DNA of 46,269 nt, from the NCBI RefSeq assembly GCF_041956535.1, contig NW_027192239.1:1-46269 (forward strand), given 5' to 3'. The notes beneath the pieces were generated by a model. The model searched no databases and was not told the origin of the DNA. It worked only from the letters and a program-made list of their open reading frames with translations. The DNA comes from Calcarisporiella thermophila CBS 279.70 (taxonomy: Eukaryota; Fungi; Calcarisporiellomycota). Shown piece after piece: positions 24,753 to 36,752 of this stretch. Each line of letters starts with the position of its first letter. Position 1 is the stretch's first letter. The translations under genes and the position numbers were made by a program.

Positions 24753-25619
24753 TCACAATAATGTAAATTCGTACTTTGAGGTTCCTGGATATTCCAAATG
24801 ATCCTCCCATCCCGCTTTTTCTTCTTTGAATTTAGTAATACATTCCGGGTCTTCACCACCTTCAGGATAAGCCGTGCATTTTTTCCAGTTACCTTGCAGG
24901 TCCACGTAGTATTCGGTGTCGGGCTGGACAAAGCCGTCAGTACTCGGTTTAAGTGGGATGGGATCTCTACCGTACGTCAAACGGGAAAGATTAAAGCCAA
25001 GGGAGTTCACGTGTTTAGCAAATGCTTTATTGCCAGGTCGGTTCGAACCGCTGGTATAGACCGTGATAGTCCAATCGGGATGCTTAAGTCGAAGGTCCAC
25101 TGCAGCATAAATGGCATGGGATCCACCCAAGGAATGACCGGTGATATCAACAGTGTACTTAGGGTTGTCTCTCTTGAGCTCCTCAAGTCGTGTTTCATAT
25201 TTATTGATACAGGCCTTCCAACCTTCGAAATAACCCTTATGGACTAATGAATCGGGAACATTTTCAGGCCAGTGAATTGTCGCATCGGAAGCTTGGCTTA
25301 GTAGAGCAGCTGCACCGAGAGTAGGCGTAAAGGATAAGATTATTTTTTCATCTGCATTATTGATTGCTAAATAGCCATTGCAAGCACTAAAATGCTTATT
25401 GAAAAACGCTTTCTCGACTATTGCATTTTTGATTTCGTCCCACTTCTTGCAAGTTTTGCACTTGAGCGCCATTTTCTCCTCTTGCGGTTCAGCAGCACTG
25501 GCGGAATATTGTACGTGCTTAAGGATGTCATCTTTTTCCGCTTGGCTAACTTCAGCTCCATTTACTAGGGCGATTACGATCGAAAGTATGATAAAGATTG
25601 GAAAGAGAAATCGAAACAT
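24753..25619 (-). CDS. Secreted class-3 lipase (Lipase_3), intronless
   Basis: Signal peptide from ATG 25619 (MFRFLFPIFIILSIVIALVNG); VHKGYF; GHSLGG; DPIP; DHLEY; TATAAAA at about 25671-25677. Confidence 0.88.
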   Translation of the reverse strand: MFRFLFPIFIILSIVIALVNGAEVSQAEKDDILKHVQYSASAAEPQEEKMALKCKTCKKWDEIKNAIVEKAFFNKHFSACNGYLAINNADEKIILSFTPTLGAAALLSQASDATIHWPENVPDSLVHKGYFEGWKACINKYETRLEELKRDNPKYTVDITGHSLGGSHAIYAAVDLRLKHPDWTITVYTSGSNRPGNKAFAKHVNSLGFNLSRLTYGRDPIPLKPSTDGFVQPDTEYYVDLQGNWKKCTAYPEGGEDPECITKFKEEKAGWEDHLEYPGTSKYEFTLL

Positions 25620-27480
25620 GTTTTTGGGAAAGAGGATGGATGTAGCGACAAAAGAACACAACCGAGCTCCTTTTATATGCATTTTTAAATCAGCCATTGC
25701 GTATGATATATACGGTATATTCCCTACTTGAGTATTTTATACGGCTATATGCATGTATATAAACTAATTCTATATGCTAGCGTAATGGCTTAATCTCGCG
25801 CATCCAAGAAGGGTGCAATAATAAGACTTTGACGCCAAATATTTACTTTGGTCGACCCGCTTTTCAAGCTTCATTTGACAACACAAGCTTTGAGAGTATC
25901 GGCTGGTCAGACATTCCAACCTCTTTCTTAGCATAAGTGCGCAGTTGCCGCGAAATGCGCTGAGGGGGATCTCGAGGCGTTTGCACCCGTCAACGCTACA
26001 ATGAAGAGAAAATCCTGTTATGCACAGCACTAGAGGCGGACGCACCCGGGTGAAGAGGTTGTGCTATTCTAAGAGGATTGCGGCGGCTGACGATGCATGC
26101 TGGGCTGCCTTAGGCCAAACATGGCAGTCTCGGTCCAAGCTAAATTCAGGTTTGTGTCGGGTTCGGAAAAGATCGAGCCGAAGGCTGCATGTGCTGCGCA
26201 ACTGAGTCTTCTTCCCTGGCGCGGTTGCCCAAACAGTGCCAGATGCGAAGTAGAAAAGGCGCAGATCGACATGTTGCTGCTCGCATCCCCCCTAGAAACT
26301 CCGCTCTTCCTGCATAAAAATCCGTGTCGAGAGGCCAATCAAAATGCCTGAGGCGTTTCTGGCCTTCTGAACTGGTTTCCATCCAAAGGGTGCTCCAACC
26401 CCATTCAAGATAGGGGCCACCATTTTCCCATTTTGGCGTCGCAGCTCGAAGTCACGCCTGCGAGAACATTCCTCCGGCAAGTCCCGACTCCAGCCCTCTC
26501 ATCAAAACTTGACGTGCGCTTCTTCACCGGCGCTTTAACTCCGCCGTCAACTATGCGAAATCTCTTTTCTCTTCCGTGGAACTGGATCTCCGCTTCTTTG
26601 GCTCCCAAATGCTCCCGTACTAATCGCTCACGACTCGAGAATAAGGGCTGTGGCCAAGTAGCTTCTCCGTTTCAATCCATATTAAAGCGATCTCCAGGTC
26701 AATGCAATATTGCTCGACCTTGGATGAGGCAATTGGAAAATTATTTTACGGCAATCCACGCTCCAGAACACATCAAAATTCAGTATTCTGTCGCCTTGCT
26801 AAGAGATGAAGCAGCAGTTTGGTGGGAATTCAGAATTACGAAAAATGTGCCACCGGTGAACTGGGAAGAATTTAAAAATGATATCCTATGCCTCTTTGCA
26901 CCAATTAATACAGTAAGACAAGCTAGAGATAAGCTCGCCAACTGTCGCCAAACGAAGAGCGTACAAGAATACTCGCATGAATTCCGGAATATAGTACTAC
27001 AGATTCCAAATTTCACCGAAGAGGAGCTGATCGATAAGTACATTCGAGGACTAAAGCCGCAGACTAGGGGTGAATTAGAATACAGGGAACCTGCAAATTT
27101 CAAAATTTCCGACGAAGCAAGTCGCCTATGACGCACAGAACTCCCATCGTGCACAGGACGCCATCAGAACAACATGACACCGCGACACCAGTGGAACTCG
27201 ACAATATGAAATCCAACAAGAGCAACTTTCCGAAATACAAGAAGGAGGGACGCTGTGTGCGATGCCACGAAATTGGACATATTGGAATTAATTGCACGAA
27301 ATTCCCCGGATCAGCCCCACCGAAATCGAAAAAAGACAATCGTCAATAGAAGCGTCGGTTTCTATTGACATCTCGAACCCGAATATCGAACCCGACAACC
27401 GAGGTAAGAACTACGAACAACGACAATCGAACGAAAATTTTAATATTATTTACGAATCCGATGAACGACTTATAACTACG

Positions 27481-27560
27481 AACTCGAACAACGAACCGAC
27501 ATCGAACAACGAACCAACAACGAACCAACAACGAACCAACAACGAACAACTGACGAACAA
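27481..27560 (+). repeat. Degenerate tandem array of about 11-nt CAACGAACCAA units in the gag-pol linker
   Basis: Read directly. Confidence 0.7.
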
Positions 27561-29056
27561 TTGGTATCAACAATTACGACATCGATTAACAAAGAAGAAA
27601 CACCGAAAAAATCACTCGAAAGAACCGAACCTCGAAAAGTATGGGAATATGAAGGATAATTGGAAAACCGACCATCAAGATTTTTAATCCACGGAGGTGC
27701 CGAAAACAATTTTATTTCCTATCAATACTTGGAAAAGAACAACCTTTTATCGTATCTTCAAGCCGACAACTTGCGCATCGTGAAATTGGGACACGGATCA
27801 ACCAAACCATGTTATGGATTTACGACAGTTTCAATTGACGAGTACAACGACGAAATATCCTTCGATGTTGTTGATTTGAATAATGCACATGACGCTACTC
27901 TTGGATTATCTTGGCTACACACGACAAAAGCACTTTTCGATTGGGATCACCGCATATTACGAGTAATACGACAGAACGAAATTTTACAACTCCGTGAAAT
28001 GTCCGGTTCAACTCCAGCTGTAGGAAACGTGCCAATTCAAGAAATAATGAATAGTTTCGAATCAGCAGGACCTTCAGACCTTTTTGCAATCCTTTCATTC
28101 GACACCAACGCATCCGGCCAGACTACACTCGAGGAATTTCAAGATAAAGAACTTAATGACCTATTGACAGAATTCGCTGGCGTTTTTCCCGATGATCCTC
28201 CTAGTGGACTTCCATCCGAGAGTCACATAGTACACACCATTCCATTGAAAGAAGGCGCGACTCCTCCAGCACCTCGTGTATACCGCATGTCCAACAAAGA
28301 ACTAATAGAATTCTCAAAGCAATTGCAAGACCTCCTCGACAAAGGCTGGATCTGACCCTCATCCTCGCCTTATGGTGCTTCAGTCCTATTCGTACACAAT
28401 AAAGACGGGTCGCTCAGACTTTGCATTGGCTACCGACAACTTAACGCGATTATGATAAAAAACCGATATGCACTTCCTCGTACCGATGACCCTAATTGAT
28501 CAACTACACGGTGCTTCATTTTTTTCAAAAACCGACCTCCGTTCCGGCTATCATCAGATCCGTGTCGCTGATGAAGATGTTCATAAGACCGCTTTTCGCA
28601 CAAGATATGGACATTTCGAATTTCGAGTACTTCCGCTTGGCTTAACCTCCGCACCGGCCACTTTTATGAACCTAATGAACGAGCATTTCTGCGATTACCT
28701 TGATGATTTCGTTATTGTGCTCCTCGATGACATCCTAATTTATTCACATAACCGAGAAGAGCATTTGCGACACATCCGATTGGTTCTCGACAGACTTCGC
28801 GAGAAAAACTTATTCGCCAAGTGCGAATTTATGAAAACAGAAATCAAATTCCTGAGTCACATCGCTTCCGCCGAAGGACTTAAGGTAGAACCACACAAGA
28901 TCGATACGGTTAAAAACTGGCCCACTCCTAAGAATATTCGCGACGTTCAATGCTTCCTGGGATTAGCTAATTACTATCGCCGATTTATCCTTCGTTTTTC
29001 TCACATCGCGGCACCACTGAATCGTTGTTTATCGACTAAACAAGAATGGACCTGGA

Positions 29057-29263
29057 TGTAATAAACACAAGTAGGGTTCGACATATACTAATGTTTATTA
29101 CACTAAAATAAGTTTGTAAAAAGACGTAAAGTCGATTCGTAAAAATTCAGTTAAAGATTCGATCAAGGCGTAATTAAGTTCTACAAGTGATTTTATACGT
29201 AAAGTAAAAATATCCGAGATCGATTGTCGATAAATTAAATATATATTAGTTACCGTACTTGTT
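29057..29263 (-). repeat. LTR copy A (minus orientation), preceded on - by PPT-like AAGGGCGGG (29281-29273)
   Basis: Reverse complement matches 31273-31478 over 206 bp by manual comparison; ends TTACA. Confidence 0.92.
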
Positions 29264-31269
29264 TCTTGTTAACCCGCCCTTAAGCTTTATCGGTCTTGTT
29301 ATTTTTCTCGTATTTCCTGATTATATCTTGAGCTCTAGTCATGCCTTTCGCTGGTTCTCAAGTGTTTTATTGGTCATCGTAGCCTTTCCATTTAACTAAG
29401 TACTCTTTGCGATTGTACCATCTTCGCTCGTCGAGGATTTTTCGACTTCGTACTCTGTTTCTCCATCAACGATTATGGGTGGAGGTGGTGGCGCATTGCG
29501 ATCGTCTGTGGCTTGTTCGTATTTCTTAAGAACGGAAACATGAAATACTGGGTGCGTTCTGACATTCGTTGGCAGCTCTAGTTTGTACGCAACTTTTCCA
29601 ATTCGACTGAGAACCTTGAATGGTCCCGCAAACCGTGGTGATAATTTCTTCGAAGGGGCGTTGCAATACACTTCTGGTTTCAAGTGTGTGGTTCTTATCA
29701 TGACTTGATCATTTTCTTGGAATTCTACATCGGATCGTTGTTGGTCAGCGTATTCTCGTTGTCGCTCTTGTGCATCCTTGATCATTTGTATGATAGTCGA
29801 TAGGGTTTTTTTGAGTTGTTCGGTAAGTTCTTCTGCGGTAGGATTTTCTATCGTGGCTCGGGTCATGTTGGGGTTTCGTAGTGTTCGTCCTAGGTCGGCT
29901 ATAAAAGGTGTAGTTCTGGTGGAAATGTGCATCGAATCGTTATACGCGAATTCAACAAAGGGCAAGAGGTCGTCCCAATTATCCTGTTTATATGCCGTGT
30001 AGTGTCGTAACATGTCTTCGAGGGTTCTATTCATGCGTCCTGTTTGTCCGCTCGTCTGTGGGTGGTAAGCCGAGGAAAGTTTGGTCTTTATACCGAGTTT
30101 CTGTGTTATAGTCTACCAAAACTTCGATGTAAATTTCGGTTCGCGATCGCTAATAATACTGGTTGGCATGCCGTGTTGTCTAAAGATCTCTAGAAAAAAA
30201 TGTATGGGCTGTATCTACTGCATTGTCGGTTGTCTTGCTGGGGGCGAAGTGAGCTCTCTTGGTGAATCTGTCGACATAAACTGTTATCACATCGAATCCT
30301 CTTTTTGTCTTCGGTAGTTGAACAATAAATCCATCGAAATCAAGTCCCATCTTGTAGTTGGAATTTCTAATGGCTGCGATAGTCCTGCTGGCTTCTTATT
30401 CGTTGATTTCACTCGTTGACATGAATCACACGCCTTAATATATCGTCGTACTGTCTTTTGCATATTTGGCCAATAGTAGTCGCGTTGAACTCATTCCAGT
30501 GTATTGTCGATTCCCATATGTCCAGCGTAAATCGCATCATGAGCATTGAACATTATTTTGTTGTTTAAGAGTTGGTCTGAGGAGCACATAATCGGCGTTG
30601 GTCATCAATCGCTTGTACAATAGTCCATTTTCTAGTTCGTAATCGTCGTGCTTGGCGAGGTTTTCGATTATTTGGCACCATTGGTCTTTCATCAAGAGTT
30701 TTCGTATATGATCCTGTATCTCCTCCATTCCTAAAATCAAATACATCGTTAAAAGTTCGCTAGACGTTATCGGTGGTTCTGTGGTCTCCGGTAGAATATC
30801 ATCGAGATGAGGTCACTTCGAAAGGGCGTCGGCGGCTGTGTTTTTCTCTCGTGGAATATGGTAGATGTTAAATTCAAACGCTTGAAATTGTTGCAGCCAT
30901 CGAATTTGTCGTTTAGAAAAATTCGTGTTGGTCTTGAGCGTTGCTAGTGATCGGTTGTCGGTGTAAACGTTAAAAGGTTGGTCATCCAAATAGTGTCTCC
31001 ATTTCGTAAGGCAATGAATAAACTCCAAGAGTTCTTGTTCGTGTACAGGATAGCTCTTTTCGGCTGGCGATAGCTGTCTCGATTCATATGCAACAGGATG
31101 AAGCTGATTATCGTCGGAAAGTTGACAAAGAATACCGACCAGAGCGTTAGTACTTGCTGCATCGAAAAATATGTGGTACGGTTTATCTTGATCTGACAAG
31201 GTGAGAACAGGTGCGGATGCTAGGGCTGTTTTGAGCGTATCGAATACCGTTTGTTCTAGTTTCGTCCAG

Positions 31270-31478
31270 TGTAACAAGTACGGTAACTAATATATATTTA
31301 ATTTATCGACAATCGATCTCGGATATTTTTACTTTACGTATAAAATCACTTGTAGAACTTAATTACGCCTTGATCGAATCTTTAACTGAATTTTTACGAA
31401 TCGACTTTACGTCTTTTTACAAACTTATTTTAGTGTAATAAACATTAGTATATGTCGAACCCTACTTGTGTTTATTAC
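31270..31478 (+). repeat. LTR copy B (plus orientation)
   Basis: Starts TGTAACAAG, contains TATAAAA and AATAAA, ends TTAC (terminal A missing). Confidence 0.92.
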
Positions 31479-32003
31479 GATGAGCCTAGTTTGGTGAATT
31501 TACAATCGATGCTGTAGAGCCTTTTGTATGCATCCGTGTATTGTGTTTGAATCCAACTACTGGTTTGCACGAGTTATAAATATTTAGGAGAAAAGTAAAC
31601 TTTATAAAACCTGAAAATCTGATTTCGCGAACTGCAAGCTAGGTAGGTTAATAGATAGCTAACGAAAACTTGTAATTTCGATGGCATTTTCCATGAGAGC
31701 TTCAAAAGTGTTAGAGCCATCTACCTCAACAGAGGAAAATTTGATATTTCGCAATTCTATACAATCGCACTTGAGAATATTATAAATAACCCATCTTATC
31801 GCATTACATTAATAAAGTAAAGGAGAATAAATTAGGATGGCGACCTGGAATTCTGTCTAAAAGCATAATATAAACCACAGTTAGGGAAATTGCAAACCCA
31901 ATTGGACACAATACCTCCGTAATTTTTGAAATTTATTACGTCATCAATTTTAAAGATTTCAATAGCCATTATATCCATTATTAACATAGTTTTCGAAATT
32001 AAC

Positions 32004-34515
32004 ATGCGGCTTTATTGCGTGATCAAGAATGCAAGCAGATTTTCAGAGTCTTTTTCACTTGAGATTGATGGATCGGATAGTGTTGAAATCTTCAGGGCGA
32101 AAATAATAGAGAAGAATCCCCGCCAATTAGGAAGCTTTGATTCTTCTGAGATAATTCTCTGGAAGATCGATTTGCCATTCGTAGATCTCCAGAGATTTCG
32201 TGACAACATAGAAAATTTAAGCAAACAACGGCTTTTACCACAAGACGAAATCTATAAATATTTTCCAGAAGAACCCAGTAGGAAATATGTACATGTGTTA
32301 GTTGAAGTCCCTCTCGGTATGCTTATTTTTTTTTTTTAATAAATTATATTGGTTTGGTTTGCTCCATTTCGCCTGATTCTCATTGCTTAATCCCTTTACT
32401 TTTGATTCTCTGTATATTATACTAATTAGTGGACATGCCAAAACCTACCAAACTTAAAATTCGTGAGGCTTTTCCGAACGGTATAAGTAATAATAATTTT
32501 ACTATTAACTTTTTGCTACTTATTTTGTCCTTTGAATAGGTTTACCATATGTACAACCAAAACCTTTACTCAATACAAGCGGATTACAATGGGAGTATCA
32601 ACCTGATCCAAGCTTACATGGCATATTGCGAGACGAGCTTATAAAACATTATCGAAATTTTTGTCTTGGTCGTATCGATAAAACTACCATGCCGCTTTAT
32701 CTCTTCCTCGCTGGAGCTGGCACCGGAAAATCGCGAAATGCTAATGAATTCCACAAGTCACTGGCTGTGTGTTTACCTGAAGAAGAATCGGAGCTGAGAT
32801 CAAGGATAGAAAACGCTTGGGTATTCCACGTAAGCTTTGAAAACGGCACTAGTTATGATCCAGTTGAAGAAAAATTTGCCTATCGTGCTATCGGTACACG
32901 TATGCTCTTGCAACTTCTTCCGGACAAGTTGTTAGCCGAAATTCTTACAGCATATGAAGCACCGGCTCCTGAAGAGGTAATTCGATTAGTTGCTACACAC
33001 ACGAGAATGAATTGGAGACAAGTCACTGTTATCCTGGCTGTTGACGCGCTGCACGCAATAATGTCAAACTATGATGAGGGGCTCGAAGAAGATTCCACTT
33101 TCTATAGGACTATGTCCAAAATTGCCGATCTTGGTGTCAATGGTATGTTTGCAATCCCATGCTGTACTGCTACAATACTTGGACCAATCAATAGTTTTTT
33201 AAGAACTTCACACCGACACCGTGTATACCTACCTGTCGCTACACTGACTCCACCTATTATTCGCCAAGGAGATACTATACACCAAGTATTTCAAATGAAC
33301 GACCATATTATTAAAATTCTTGTCGATGATTGTGGTGGTCATGGAAGAGCGCTTGAAGCACTTGAATGCGCATTAGAGGGTGTCGACATATCCGCAATTA
33401 ACATCGATGATTTGATGTATAGAGTAGTTAATATGATCAGAAATTATTACCAAGAAGCTCTTCAAATATCAGTTAGAAACATCAATGCCGTTGTTCGAGC
33501 TATATTAACTCGTCACCGTTTGCAGGCAGACGAATGCGTACCTGGTACAAATAAACTTCCAGAGGAATTAGCTCAACCAGGATTAATTCGTTATGAGGTG
33601 GAAGCCGGTGCTGACGATGGGTATCTCACTGCACCATACATATGGATTTGGGTATTGGCACGAATCAAACCCTCGAGCGCGGATCTAGTGCTACGAGACT
33701 GGAATTTTTGCACCTATGGAGAACTCAGGTCGAGAAGGGAACCAAGTTGTCCACCTGGCGCTCAATTTTGGCAGCATTTTGAACACTTCATAGCATCTTT
33801 TCGCTCACTTAAGTCACGAGTATTCAATGAAGGACAACTAGTAGATTTTTCTAAAGTTCATGTGGGAGCACGCATTAATGGCGATATACAATTTGTAAAT
33901 CACCGTTTGAGTTTAGTGCGGGCTAGCGGCTGGGAGAATACAAGTTCGGCCAACCATCCACCCGGTCAGTGGGAAGTTCCTTGTGAATGCTCCATAAAAA
34001 TTGATGTTAGGGGTTGCAAGCATATTATTCTTAATGGAACATCAGCTCCATACGGCGATTCGTTTTTGGGGTTAGACACCGAAGCTGAATGTCAAGGATT
34101 GAATGAGGTTCATCAGTATAAAAGATATAATAGGGCAACGCTAAGAACAACCGATTATTTGAGCGAACGAGCTAAAGCTGCGTCAGAAAGAGATTTTTTC
34201 CTGCTATATACCACTGCCCAAATTGAAGATCTTGAACTACCAGAACGCTCCGGAATTGTGGATGCAACCAATTGGCTTGATTATTTTGGGCCGTTTGCTG
34301 GTAGAGCACATTATTTTGCAGTCGTAGGTCCATTAGATATAAATACTGCAAACCATCGGGACCTTCTTGGAATAAGGGGGATTGGGCCAGCGTACGCAGA
34401 GCAAATTATCTCGAAGCGGCCGTTTGCAAACATAGCTGATGCAATGGAGAGAACCAAAATTCCAGAAAAAGTGTTAAAAAAATTCAAGTTTACTACATTA
34501 AATACTGAGACTTGA
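32004..34515 (+). CDS. Crinkler (CRN) family protein: ubiquitin-like CRN N-domain, P-loop NTPase, PD-(D/E)xK-like nuclease and C-terminal ComEA-type helix-hairpin-helix; 3 exons (32004-32316, 32430-32480, 32540-34515)
   Basis: MRLYCVI...IILWKI...VHVLVEVP; Walker A GAGTGKS; Walker B-like ILAVD; DCGGHGRALE; GDSF...EVHQYK; LDINTA...LLGIRGIGPAYAEQII..RPF. Introns give one uninterrupted frame. Confidence 0.88.
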
Positions 34516-35096
34516 TTGAAGTTTTGAAATTTATATATAGTTATAAAATATAATACAATAACACGAATCTACAGTAATTATTACACTGATCGTCGAATTT
34601 TTAAAAGATATATTAATAGTTGCATATACTTCTGATACTCTGATTCTCCAATAATTGGAGAATAATTTCGAATAATTTAATTATTCGAAAAGTGCCACCG
34701 GGGATACATGGCTTACTCCATCAGGATCGCATAGTGACAACTTCTCTGGTCTCGAAGGCTATGGATTCGAAGAGAAGCATCTATCAAGATACTAGTTGTA
34801 AGAGCAGTTGCAGTGCTGGATTCATAATATGAAAGTGGCTTATTACATTCATGAACATGTGTTTACGCTAAACGAATAAATTCACTCTTTTGCCGAATGG
34901 CTAAAACCGCACCCACTCCCGGTTTTATATTATTAAAGAATGAAAAACAATGTGCCCATATAAAGAGATCAATTGTTTGATAAAACCAATCAAAGGGTGG
35001 CTTGATATTTTAAATCACGTCTACTTGGTATATAAACATTTCTTTTGACTCTCGATAAGGTGGTAATGAATATTAGCATCATCTTACAATAAATTC

Positions 35097-35772
35097 ATGG
35101 ATCCTTCGAGTAATAACGCTACGCTCAGCTCTTTCTGCGCTTCTGTCAATTTCCTAACACAATGTCGTACTAAGAATATAGCACCGTTTCTGGTGAAGGA
35201 GGAGATCATCAAAGCATGTAGCTTGTCGGGATTGTGTGTCTACATTGGGTTCTGGATGGTATTACTTTCTCTCCTCTACATTTACAAAGCGATGCGGAAC
35301 AAGACTCGGAAAAACACACTTACAAGATTAATCAAGGTATTTACGAGCGTGCTTGTGGGAGTATGCTATTTCGCAAATCAATTTCAAGACTTTCTTTACT
35401 GTAATTTCATGAGCGATTACCCGTATTCTTCCAGCACCATTCTTGTCATTGCAGATTGCACTTTCTATTCCGCGCTAAATAGTCTTATCATCATCGATTC
35501 CTTGAAGTTGTACAATACACTCATGATGCAATCATCTTTTATTTCCTATTGGAGCAAATTCCAGTACTTTGTCCAAGACTAAATTAGATAACATTTTGGT
35601 ACCCTATGAAATCGTGAAAGAGGTATATGTAATTATGGGGCAATTCATTGTGATCTATTTCGCATATGCAATTGTAGAACCTTACATCATGGAATATATC
35701 AAGAGAACTCCATCGGCAACCATTAATATTCCGTCTGCAATAATGCACACTTCTGACGAGGAGGATGTGTAG
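35097..35772 (+). pseudogene. Putative multi-pass membrane protein split by a frameshift near 35575 (or an unresolved splice)
   Basis: Two overlapping hydrophobic ORFs (35097-35582, 35569-35772); TATAAA at about 35031. No family recognised. Confidence 0.4.
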
Positions 35773-36752
35773 AAAGCAAATGTAGACGTCCCCTTTCCGC
35801 CTTCCGCTAAAGTATTGGAATACTTAACGGAACAATGCGTGTAAAGTTGCCCTCGCTGATCCTTTTAACTTATTCAGGGAAATTTAAAAGAGAGAAAGCA
35901 TTGTATCAAGTGAAGTTGTTGTATTATTCGTTTAGAATAACTCTTAAGAGCTATTGTGCTGATCCGTTCGAATCCTTGACACTTGGGCTGAGTTATAATT
36001 GAAGAGGCTATATATTAATAAAATAAAACTATTTAAATTGATTGTATCTCTATCAATGTAGCATGGTGAGATAAATAGAAACAGAGTGGATAACAGTTAT
36101 ATGTAGTAAAGATGCAAATGCGAATTTAAAGTGCATAGTCATGAGCATCACGAATACTAGCCTTCACAAGTTCGGCCAATACCCTTTAGGCTTTGTGCCC
36201 AAGCTTCATTCACTGAATGATATCGGCTTTGTAACAGTATAATTAGGTTAGTCATAAAGTGCGCCGCCAGTAACGTGGATGTCTAAGACACCGTATACTC
36301 ATTATTTGGGACAAATTAAATTGAAAATTCATTCGTACAATTAAAAAAGATATATTCAAAACTTATCTCAACCAGCATGTCCTTAATTTGCCTTATGTTA
36401 TAGATATGAAAAATGCAGAAATACTTCACGCGATATTTTTTTTTACAATTTTGACCACTTTCCACAACATCAATTCTGATGAATTTATTTGCCCATATTC
36501 TTCTGTGACTACTTTACGTTTAACTCTATACAAAAGTAAGCAATTCGCCGATCAAGGCATATTATGGCCATTCTGATCAATTTTTTTCCATTCTACCATA
36601 ACATAGCTTCTCACTGTTCTATGCAGTGAATTCAACTAAAAGTCCCTAAATATTACTCCTTGTTTCTAGAATTACCTTGATTTAAGCACTATGCTCTGGC
36701 ACTCCTCTGCGTTGGTAATTATGTCTCTTACACCAGCTTGAAAGAAATTAAA

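Larger units (their letters stand above)
26705..31478 (+). mobile_element. Defective Ty3/gypsy chromovirus: gag-PR-RT on + (about 26705-29056); RNaseH-IN-chromodomain inverted on - (31269-29300); no 5' LTR
   Basis: Gag WMRQLENYF, LLRDEAAVWW and zinc knuckle CVRCHEIGHIGINC; degenerate protease LIHGGA; [26 protein letters not shown]; RNase H PVAYESRQL, YTDNRSL; integrase HHCC, SAYHPQT, GPFKV; chromodomain YEVEK..YLVKWKGY. Many stops and frameshifts. Confidence 0.93.

Noticed and set aside
25620-25697. Longer N-terminus of the lipase ORF
   Set aside because: It overlaps the TATA box, and the signal peptide begins at ATG 25619.
27320-27350. Possible -1 gag-pol slippery site (GAAAAAAG)
   Set aside because: The frame offset fits, but the heptamer is non-canonical and the element has many random frameshifts.
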